From Dehalococcoidia bacterium (lineage in GTDB: Bacteria > Chloroflexota > Dehalococcoidia > GIF9 > UBA5629): DNA of 32,000 bases. The translations under genes and the position numbers were made by a program. Shown piece after piece: positions 15,535 through 22,343 of the stretch (position 1 is its first letter; the number at the start of each line of letters is the position of its first letter). The stretch lies in the NCBI GenBank assembly GCA_050011565.1, contig JBEKIW010000001.1, positions 234,254 through 266,253 of the forward strand, written 5' to 3'. The notes beneath the pieces are model-generated. The model was not told where the DNA came from. It was given only the letters and a program-made list of their open reading frames with translations, and did not search any database.

Positions 15535-15573
15535 TTGACTCTGGGCTGACAGGTCACTGACAGTTACCTGACA
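15535..15573 (+). promoter_or_regulatory. Four direct repeats of (C/T)TGAC(A/T) spaced exactly 11 bp apart; candidate OmpR/PhoB-type operator upstream of FHA-B
   Basis: TTGACT starts at 15535 and CTGACA at 15546, 15557 and 15568. The block lies 21 bp upstream, in the minus-strand sense, of a TATAGT -10-like hexamer (15513..15508). That hexamer has no recognisable -35. Confidence 0.5.
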
Positions 15574-15634
15574 AAATAGAAGACGCAGATAAATTATTAT
15601 TGAGGGGTTAATCTGTGATGGGTTTTCCCAGGGG

Positions 15635-16717
15635 TCAAAGGAGGTGAAACTTTAGATGTACCGCACCGGCCGGTTCTATAATGTCATCGTCATCCAGGCT
15701 GACCGGTCCCTGGCCGCTGATGTCCTTGCCGTTTAGATGGGTGCCGTTGGCGCTGCCCAGGTCCTCGACGTAGAACTGCTCGTCGTCCAATTTAATCTGG
15801 AAATGTCGTCTGGAGATGAGCCCCAGGTCATCCAGGCTTAGCGCTCTGGCGAGGTCACCCCGGCCTATCACTCTGCTCTTGCCGGAAAGCTGAATATCGA
15901 TGCCATTGGGTAAGGTTATTTTTGCCCTGGCGGCTGATGGTAAGGCTGCAGATAGGTCTTTAGTCTTTGCCCCACCTGACGAGGATACACTATCCTGACT
16001 TCTCCTTCGCCTGATATAAATCGGCAGCAGAGCCAGACCGACCACTACGACCAGCAGGCAGGCGCCGAGAACCGGCCGGGTGATAAGTCCAAAGACTGTA
16101 GCGGGGAAGCTAGCTTCTTTGGCAGGGGCTTCGGGTGATGGTGGCGGTACCGGCTCAGCAGGTTTGCCTTTCGAATACGTCCAGTAAACAAGATTATTCT
16201 GTGGAGTATCCGGGTTTCCAGCAGCCCATTGGCCGTCGCTGTAGAACCGAATCCGGTAAATATGTTGTCCCTCCGGTTCGTTATTCGTGGGTGTAAAGGG
16301 GCCAAGCCGCCACAGGCCGCTTTCCAGCAATTGCCATTTGTAGGCTAGCCACTGTCCCTGAAAATCACCGCCAGCCGGAAAGGATTCATATATATAAATC
16401 CACCCGGGCATGTTTATGTCCACGTCCAGGTACCAGTTTTCATTTGCAGTGACCGTGAATTCTTCCTGTCCTGAGGCAGCGATGAAACCAGCTATAAAGT
16501 TAGGAGTCGTATTTTCAGACTGAGACGTAGGTTCCACCAGGACATATTCGACCGGCGGCTTGATTTCAACCTGAGACTGGTCGCCGGCGGGGACATTCGG
16601 TATAGTCGTATTATCAGTTGGCGCTCCCAGCGCCCCGACATATGCCGTCTGGAGGCTCAGCGCTGAAAAAACGCCGAAAATCAAAGTAAAAGTAAGCAAC
16701 AGTAACGCTTTTCTCAT
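15635..16717 (-). CDS. Type-I membrane protein FHA-C: signal peptide, W/Y-rich ectodomain homologous to FHA-B, TM helix, cytoplasmic C-terminal FHA domain
   Basis: 360 aa. The signal peptide is MRKALLLLTFTLIFGVFSALS. The TM segment LGACLLVVVVGLALLPIYI is followed by RRRRS. FHA signature: IGRGDL...ISRRHFQI...DLGSANGTHLN. Its start overlaps the kinase stop by 4 nt (ATGA). Confidence 0.9.
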   Translation of the reverse strand: MRKALLLLTFTLIFGVFSALSLQTAYVGALGAPTDNTTIPNVPAGDQSQVEIKPPVEYVLVEPTSQSENTTPNFIAGFIAASGQEEFTVTANENWYLDVDINMPGWIYIYESFPAGGDFQGQWLAYKWQLLESGLWRLGPFTPTNNEPEGQHIYRIRFYSDGQWAAGNPDTPQNNLVYWTYSKGKPAEPVPPPSPEAPAKEASFPATVFGLITRPVLGACLLVVVVGLALLPIYIRRRRSQDSVSSSGGAKTKDLSAALPSAARAKITLPNGIDIQLSGKSRVIGRGDLARALSLDDLGLISRRHFQIKLDDEQFYVEDLGSANGTHLNGKDISGQGPVSLDDDDIIEPAGAVHLKFHLL

Positions 16718-17739
16718 TTCCGTGACTTGACCTCGACAGACTTTACCGGATAGCCGTCCGCTGACGATAAAGCGGCACGAAAAGCTTGTGCGTCAGCAAA
16801 CCTGTGGTCGGCGGAGAACAGTATGCCCTGTGCCAGGCATTTTGCCGTGCGCTTGGATATGCCGCAGGAAATAAGGTAATCGGCAACAGCAGTGGCTTCA
16901 GCGTAAGAACGCGGCCAGTTGGACTTGAACAAGTCCAGGCAAATCTCGTTCGGCTGCTTGAGTGTGAGGAGATATATACAGGTCTGTGCCAGGCCGAAGA
17001 GGTCGCAGCGCTGGTCGCAGTCCCCGCCAATGAACAATTCGGGAATATCGAAACCCTTGTTTGTTATCTTGGTGAACGGGTCATGGCCTGCCTTATCTTT
17101 GCCTGAACCATTCAAGTTTTTCGCCGTGCCGAAATCGATAAGCTTGACCGTGCCGTCGCTGCTCAACATGATGTTCTTTGGGTTAATATCCCTGTGAATT
17201 ACGCCAGCTTTGTGAATATAGGAAAGAGCATCCAGCAGCTGGCAAGCCCAGGCGACGACCTGTGGCTCCTGAAAAGGAGTTCTCGGCGATGATGCCATTA
17301 GGGTCTCTCCATTCACGTACTCAACGACCAGGTGAAATTCGCCCTTATAGTAGAAATTGTCGACGTATTTAACGATGCCGGTATGTTTCAGCCGCTTCAG
17401 GTAGCTGGCTTCCAGCATCAGCTTGTCCAGGTACACGTTATCCATCGTCGTGCCCCGGCGCGGTGTCTTGATAATGCACGCCCTGCCTGTTCTGCGCTCC
17501 CGGGCGAACCATATAGTCGCCATGCCACCCTGTTTATGAGGCGGTGCCATCAGTTCATAGCGACTGTTAACGACGTATATGTTATTACCCGCCTGGGCAG
17601 GTATCTGTGTCTTCCCGTGGTTTGAACGTGAGCTGTGGCTCTTACGCTTACGAAGGGCAATCAATATAGCCACGGCTACTATCAGAACCGTATAGACCAG
17701 GACCATTAACAAAACGATATCATCTGTAGGCCACATCAT
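16714..17739 (-). CDS. Membrane-anchored Hanks-type Ser/Thr protein kinase without ectodomain
   Basis: 341 aa. About 7 N-terminal residues precede the TM helix IVLLMVLVYTVLIVAVAILIAL, which is followed by RKRK. Kinase motifs are the CIIK lysine, catalytic loop HRDINPKN, DFG (LIDFGTAK) and an IPE (APE-like) motif. It has ATGA overlaps with both neighbours. Confidence 0.9.
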   Translation of the reverse strand: MMWPTDDIVLLMVLVYTVLIVAVAILIALRKRKSHSSRSNHGKTQIPAQAGNNIYVVNSRYELMAPPHKQGGMATIWFARERRTGRACIIKTPRRGTTMDNVYLDKLMLEASYLKRLKHTGIVKYVDNFYYKGEFHLVVEYVNGETLMASSPRTPFQEPQVVAWACQLLDALSYIHKAGVIHRDINPKNIMLSSDGTVKLIDFGTAKNLNGSGKDKAGHDPFTKITNKGFDIPELFIGGDCDQRCDLFGLAQTCIYLLTLKQPNEICLDLFKSNWPRSYAEATAVADYLISCGISKRTAKCLAQGILFSADHRFADAQAFRAALSSADGYPVKSVEVKSRK

Positions 17740-18554
17740 ATTCTCCTGATGCTGGTCTGGGCTGTAATCATAGCCTGCCAGGATGGAAGGTTGTCGGGTT
17801 TCACCACTATTATCGATATATTATCCGGTCCGCCCGCCAGGTTAGCCTGAGCCGTCAGGTCAATGCAGGCCTGGTTGGGATTGGGAGAACCGGTAACGGT
17901 CTCCGATATCTCAGGTGAAGGCAACACGCCGCACAGACCGTCGGAACAGAGGAGGATATTGTCACCGGCGTATAGTTTTACATGAAACAGGTCCGGGACA
18001 ACGGTCCGGGCATAACCAAGTACGCGCGTTATCTCGTTCTTGCGCGGGTGGTTCCAGGCTTGTTCCGGTGTGATAGTTCCTGCATCCACGAGCTGTTGGA
18101 CTACAGAATGGTCTTTGGTGATCTGGATGGTCTCCCGTCCGTTGATTACATAGCACCTGGAATCGCCTATATGGGCGACATATAGGTCCTCACCTACAAC
18201 AAGTGCAGCGGTCAGGGTAGTACCCATGCCTTTCAACTCACCCTCGGCGGCAGAATCCAGAACCTTGCGGTTAGCCTTCTTGAAGGCAGCAGCCAAAATA
18301 GACAGGGGTGGAGTCGGGGACTGGGCGAGAAGACCGGAAATACACTCTGCATGGAGGGTCCTGGTGGCGAGGTCGCTGGCAATTTCACCGGCACTGTGCC
18401 CGCCCATACCGTCTGCCACGGCAAAGAGGCCAGCGGAGATTGTTCCCAGGTGGGTCCTGAGATCGAAGCTGGTGCATAAAACGCTATCTTCGTTGAGGTC
18501 TCTTAGCAGACCTGTGTCCCAGCTATAACCTATTTCCAATCGGTCCTCCGGCAT
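17736..18554 (-). CDS. PP2C-family Ser/Thr protein phosphatase
   Basis: 272 aa. The PP2C motifs are NEDS, FAVADGMGGHSAGEIAS, LLCSDGL and GGPDNISIIVV. Confidence 0.92.
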   Translation of the reverse strand: MPEDRLEIGYSWDTGLLRDLNEDSVLCTSFDLRTHLGTISAGLFAVADGMGGHSAGEIASDLATRTLHAECISGLLAQSPTPPLSILAAAFKKANRKVLDSAAEGELKGMGTTLTAALVVGEDLYVAHIGDSRCYVINGRETIQITKDHSVVQQLVDAGTITPEQAWNHPRKNEITRVLGYARTVVPDLFHVKLYAGDNILLCSDGLCGVLPSPEISETVTGSPNPNQACIDLTAQANLAGGPDNISIIVVKPDNLPSWQAMITAQTSIRRI

Positions 18555-18561
18555 TTCTGCT

Positions 18562-19158
18562 TCATTTCGACTCTTTCAGCAATTTGAAAGTCAGTGTAAG
18601 TTCCGGCTGACCGGCCAGTTCAATCTTATCGCCGTCTTGGAGAGCCTTCTTTCTTTTGTCATAGATATCAATTCCGTTAAGCCTGGTATGGTTGGTGCTG
18701 CCCTTACCGTCGCGTCCGTAGTCCTTCAAGTAGTATTTGCCTCTATCACAGGTAATCAAAATATGCTGCCTGGAAACTCTCATCAGCAACTCTGGTGATA
18801 ATGTGCCGTTAAAATCGCCGCGCTCTATGAACACAGGCTCACCGGTGAGGGTGATTTCACCACCGCCCGGCATCATCACCTTAGCTTTCGGCGCCGAAGA
18901 CCGCAGTGCGCCCCGTTTCTGCCTGACTGGCCGCTTGCTTATTTTTGTTTCCTCTACATCGGCGAAATATTTACCGCAGGTGTAACAGAAAAAACTGGCG
19001 GCATTGTTTGTGCTCCGGCACCTGGGGCAGATGATTTTGCGTTCAGGCCCGTCCGGCGCTATGGCGGCAAGAGGCAGCCCGCATTTGCGACAGACTTTTT
19101 CGTGCGGCTCATTCTTTGTATGGCATGCCCGACAAAGCACTTTGGCTCGTTTAGTCAT
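18562..19158 (-). CDS. Double zinc-ribbon + FHA domain protein
   Basis: The start is taken at MTKRAKV (19158); the alternative MLKPRTAKIM is at 19185. There are two CxxC...CxxC ribbons (CRACHTKNEPHEKVCRKC and CPRCRSTNNAASFFCYTC). The C-terminal FHA has variant signature residues (IERGDF...VSRQHILI...GSTNHTRLN). The 410-aa ORF extension is rejected because it overlaps the divergent gene and the promoter region. Confidence 0.85.
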   Translation of the reverse strand: MTKRAKVLCRACHTKNEPHEKVCRKCGLPLAAIAPDGPERKIICPRCRSTNNAASFFCYTCGKYFADVEETKISKRPVRQKRGALRSSAPKAKVMMPGGGEITLTGEPVFIERGDFNGTLSPELLMRVSRQHILITCDRGKYYLKDYGRDGKGSTNHTRLNGIDIYDKRKKALQDGDKIELAGQPELTLTFKLLKESK

Positions 19159-19213
19159 TATTTTAGCAGTCCGTGGTTTTAACATCAGTGTAATTGATTG
19201 ATGAGGACTTTGC

Positions 19214-19242
19214 TTGACAGCTTTCTGACAAATACCTAATAT
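19214..19242 (+). promoter_or_regulatory. Sigma70-like promoter of the FHA-wHTH gene, overlapped by two 11-bp-phased TGACA repeats
   Basis: TTGACA (19214-19219), a 17-nt spacer, then TAATAT (19237-19242). TGACA starts at 19215 and 19226. The string TGACAGctttCTGACAAAT is about 15/19 identical to TGACAGttacCTGACAAAA at 15558-15576. A perfect minus-strand TATAAT at 19291..19286 may serve the divergent operon. Confidence 0.55.
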
Positions 19243-19333
19243 AAATCTGATATACTCATGGTTACGGGACGATTGTGACGTACGTATTATACTACAGGGA
19301 GCGAATACGGGCCCAAACGAATGGAGGTAAGGC

Positions 19334-20017
19334 GTGGCTTCTCTAATTGTGAAGAGGGGTAATGCGGAGGATGTCGGTAAAATCTTCACTTTGAACGACT
19401 CGTCTACCGTGGTGGGCCGCCTGACTTCGCAGAATAAACCTGATATAGAATTGGGCGCCGATGTTATTTCCAGACGGCACCTGGAAATCCTGCTGCAGGA
19501 TGGCAGGTACTGGCTGAAAGACCTGGGCAGCACCAACGGCACCATGCTAAATGATGACAGGATAATTCCTGGCAATCTATACGAACTCAAGCATAACAGC
19601 AAGATCGGGCTTGGGGTGGAAGGAACTTCAGCGCAAACAGTTCTGCAGTTTAAGGAATCCGAAGATACTAACATAATGCACGGGAAAGAACCCCCGGCTG
19701 GAAAGCACGGCACGTTCCCTGCAGTGGCATGGCTGAAAATCGACGAGGGGAAAAAGGAAGCTGTGGTAGACGGCAAACAGCAGAAGCTATCCAAAAAGGA
19801 GTATGAGCTGATACGGTTGCTCTATAGAAATGCCGGAAATATATGCTCGCGTGACGAGATAATTGAAGCCGTATGGCCCGAAAGCCAGGACCCTTCGGCT
19901 ATATCCGATGCCACCATCGACCAGCTAATTCACCGGCTGCGTGAAAAAGTGGAACCCGAACCTGCCAGCCCCTCGCGTATCATCAGCAAAAAAGCATTCG
20001 GTTATATGCTGGTGTAA
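19334..20017 (+). CDS. FHA domain / OmpR-PhoB-type winged-helix DNA-binding fusion protein
   Basis: 227 aa with a GTG start and RBS GGAGG 7 nt upstream. N-terminal FHA signature: VGRLTS...ISRRHLEI...DLGSTNGTMLN. The C-terminal Trans_reg_C-like region is LSKKEYELIRLLYRNAGNICSRDEIIEAVW...IDQLIHRLREKVEP...FGYML. Confidence 0.88.
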   Translation: MASLIVKRGNAEDVGKIFTLNDSSTVVGRLTSQNKPDIELGADVISRRHLEILLQDGRYWLKDLGSTNGTMLNDDRIIPGNLYELKHNSKIGLGVEGTSAQTVLQFKESEDTNIMHGKEPPAGKHGTFPAVAWLKIDEGKKEAVVDGKQQKLSKKEYELIRLLYRNAGNICSRDEIIEAVWPESQDPSAISDATIDQLIHRLREKVEPEPASPSRIISKKAFGYMLV

Positions 20018-20045
20018 ACAGGTTTTTTGAACGTGCGCGGCTTAG

Positions 20046-20795
20046 CTACCGGCTCCTTTGTCTGAAGGCCTCGTACATTACCAGGGCGGCGGCGACGGAA
20101 GCGTTAAGCGAGGTAATTTCCCCTCGCATGGGTATGTGCGCCAGAAAATCGCATTTCTTTCTAACCAGCTCGGATAAGCCTTTGCCTTCACTGCCGATGA
20201 CAATGGCTACCGGCGACTTGAAGTCCATCTGGCTGTATTCAACTTGTCCGCTGCGGTCTATGCCGATGACCCAGACGTTGTTTTTCTTGAGGGTTTCAAT
20301 TGCCCCGGCGATGCTGGAGACGCTGGCTACGGGCATATACCACATGGCGCCGGCCGATGCCTTGGCCACCGTTGCGGTGAGACCGGCTGCTCTTCTTTCC
20401 CGGATAATCACGCCGTGAATGCCACTGGCATAAGCCGTCCTCAATATGGAGCCCAGATTCTGCGGGTCTTCAATGCCGTCGAGAATTACATAGAGCGGCG
20501 GCTCGGTCTTTTCCGCGGAGACAGCCAGCAAATCGTCCAGGCTGACATATTCTTTAGCTGCGGCGTAGGCAATAACTCCTTGATTGGTAGCGGTTACGCT
20601 CTGCTTGTCTATGATATGCCTGGCCACGCGTTCCACGGGTATATTTTTGGCTCGGGCCAGGCGGAGTATTTCAGTGACGGCGTCACCCGGCTTGATACTG
20701 TCGGCGAGGAGTATTTTGTTGACGGGATAGCCGGACTTGAGCAGCTCGATTACCGGGTTTTTACCTTCGATGATGGATGGCATGTTACCTGGCAT
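20046..20795 (-). CDS. rlmB: TrmH/SpoU-family 23S rRNA (guanosine-2'-O)-methyltransferase RlmB-like
   Basis: 249 aa. It has an N-terminal SpoU substrate-binding-like region (IIEGKNPVIELL) and a SPOUT core (LDGIEDPQNLGSILRTA, IVIGSEGKGLS, IPMRGEITSLNASVAAALVMYE). Confidence 0.88.
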   Translation of the reverse strand: MPGNMPSIIEGKNPVIELLKSGYPVNKILLADSIKPGDAVTEILRLARAKNIPVERVARHIIDKQSVTATNQGVIAYAAAKEYVSLDDLLAVSAEKTEPPLYVILDGIEDPQNLGSILRTAYASGIHGVIIRERRAAGLTATVAKASAGAMWYMPVASVSSIAGAIETLKKNNVWVIGIDRSGQVEYSQMDFKSPVAIVIGSEGKGLSELVRKKCDFLAHIPMRGEITSLNASVAAALVMYEAFRQRSR

Positions 20796-20931
20796 ATTGT
20801 AACAAAATCAAAGATTAAAAGTTAAAAATCAAAAAATTTCGGTTACGGCGATTAAAAATGATTTCAGAGATAGAGATTGCCACGTCCTTCAGCGAAAGGA
20901 CTCGCAATGACAGGAGGAGAAAAGAGCTTCT

Positions 20932-20999
20932 ATTCTTCGATAGGCTCAGAATGAGCGGAACGTTGGGCTCAGATTCTTCGACAAGCTCAGAATGAGCGC
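20932..20999 (+). repeat. Two tandem copies of the ATTCTTCGAnAnGCTCAGAATGAGCG repeat
   Basis: The copies are at 20932-20958 and 20973-20999. The same unit occurs at 10977-11001, 12410-12436 and 21753-21779, always in + orientation. It contains a GCTCAgaaTGAGC hairpin. A further hairpin, ATTGCcacGTCCTTcagcgAAGGACtcGCAAT, lies just upstream (about 20874-20908). Confidence 0.9.
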
Positions 21000-21051
21000 A
21001 GCACCGGTGTGAATTGTGCCTGGAGCGGATGCTCCGGGCTACCCCTTGGGG

Positions 21052-21663
21052 TCAGTCGGTGAAGACGTAGCTGCCTTTTTTAAGGTAGGAGTAGAAGGTG
21101 AGTACAGTGGAGACAATCGCCAGATACATGAGGACAGCCAGCAGCCAGTCGGGGCCGATGCCGAAGACGGCTATCACCAGCGGCGCCAGCCAGAACCAGA
21201 AGTTGACCTTGGCTATACCCGTTGGCGTGGGAAATTCCATGGCACGACTCCGGCGTTTCCAGAGATAGGAACCTATGCCGGCAAACACGGCAACTCCACC
21301 GGCAAGAGCTAGCACCGCGTAGGGATAGGGATTGAGGGGCATCAGGTGATCTGTCCTGGAAAACAGCCCGGCGATTATGGCCAGAATCAGGCTCGGCATA
21401 AACAGTAACTCGTCGGCCACCATGTCGAAAATCGACCCGCCCAGGCTCGATTGCCCGAGCCTACGGGCCAGTAAGCCGTCCAGTCCATCGGTACAGGCGG
21501 CAATAACGATCAGGATGCCCGCCGCCAGGAATTCTCCCTGCCACAACAGAAAAGCAGTGAAACCGGCCAAGACCACGCGTATAGCCGTTATGATATTGGG
21601 TACGTTGAGGTCAAACGTTAATTCCTGGTTCGGTGTCTGATTAGCCGTTGGCTTTGATTTCAT
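21052..21663 (-). CDS. CDP-alcohol phosphatidyltransferase family protein
   Basis: The start is taken at MKSKPTANQ (21663). The motif DGLDGLLARRLGQSSLGGSIFDMVAD matches D-x2-D-G-x2-A-R-x8-G-x3-D-x3-D. The protein has multiple TM helices. Confidence 0.88.
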   Translation of the reverse strand: MKSKPTANQTPNQELTFDLNVPNIITAIRVVLAGFTAFLLWQGEFLAAGILIVIAACTDGLDGLLARRLGQSSLGGSIFDMVADELLFMPSLILAIIAGLFSRTDHLMPLNPYPYAVLALAGGVAVFAGIGSYLWKRRSRAMEFPTPTGIAKVNFWFWLAPLVIAVFGIGPDWLLAVLMYLAIVSTVLTFYSYLKKGSYVFTD

Positions 21664-21752
21664 GCTTCTTTCTGCTTGTCTGAGAGGGCAGAATAGCACG
21701 ATATGTAAATAGCTGTCAATCATTGGCAGCGTGGATTTTACCCGGAGTGCAG

Positions 21753-21779
21753 ATTCTTCGACAGGCTCAGAATGAGCGA
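21753..21779 (+). repeat. Single copy of the ATTCTTCGACAGGCTCAGAATGAGCG repeat
   Basis: Fifth member of the family listed at 20932-20999, in the same orientation. It is intergenic. Confidence 0.85.
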
Positions 21780-21870
21780 GGTAGGGGTTAGCGGGCCGTG
21801 CGTAAAATAAACTTTTTGGGGCTTTTAACGTTTCTTATAGTGCAAGTCCTGTATTGGGAGGGATGACATA

Positions 21871-22092
21871 ATGATAGATACCAGCAGATTAACGCTCAGA
21901 GAAATAGAGATACTACGTCTCATCGCGGTCGGCCATTTGAATAAACAGATTGCCGCGGATTTCAATATCAGCGAACAGGCCATTAAGAATAATATGACCA
22001 GAATATTGAGAAAGCTCGATGCCGTAAACCGCACCGAGGCTGTGGTCAAAGCAGCCGTGTTCGGCCTGGTACCGCTCGACTCAGACCAATAG
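21871..22092 (+). CDS. LuxR/GerE-type helix-turn-helix solo regulator
   Basis: 73 aa. LTLREIEILRLIAVGHLNKQIAADFNISEQAIKNNMTRILRKLDAVNRTEAV is a complete GerE HTH with no receiver or ligand domain. RBS GGGAGGG is present. Confidence 0.85.
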   Translation: MIDTSRLTLREIEILRLIAVGHLNKQIAADFNISEQAIKNNMTRILRKLDAVNRTEAVVKAAVFGLVPLDSDQ

Positions 22093-22115
22093 CCGTCGTC
22101 CCGAGCACAAACTAC

Positions 22116-22147
22116 GGGAGAGTCCTCAAAAAGGCTCTCCCTTTTTG
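22116..22147 (+). terminator. Rho-independent terminator after the LuxR solo gene
   Basis: GGGAGAGTCC ... GGCTCTCCC forms a stem of about 9-10 bp including one G-U pair. It is followed by TTTTT (22142-22146). Confidence 0.7.
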
Positions 22148-22343
22148 ATTTCTTAGACAGGCTTGCCTCGCCCGATTGTCTACAGCTTTCGACGAGATAT
22201 TAGTCACATAATAATCTGAGATAATGTAGTATATTAATAATAGAGTTAAGAAGAGGAGGTTAGGGTATGACAAAGAGATTTCTGTTATGCCGACTCTTGA
22301 TCGGTAGTCGCCCTCAGCCGGGAGCGTAGGTGAAGAAGTAGTG

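Noticed and set aside
19159-19794. N-terminal extension of the 410-aa minus-strand ORF 18562..19794
   Set aside because: The extension is Ser/Pro/Cys-rich and has no domain signature. It is antisense to the well-supported FHA-wHTH gene and spans the divergent promoter region. Internal starts at 19158 or 19185 give a coherent Zn-ribbon-FHA protein.
21664-21723. 20-codon 5' extension of the CDP-alcohol phosphatidyltransferase ORF
   Set aside because: There is no RBS, and the residues are unlike the family N-terminus. The internal Met (MKSKPTANQ) precedes the first TM helix.
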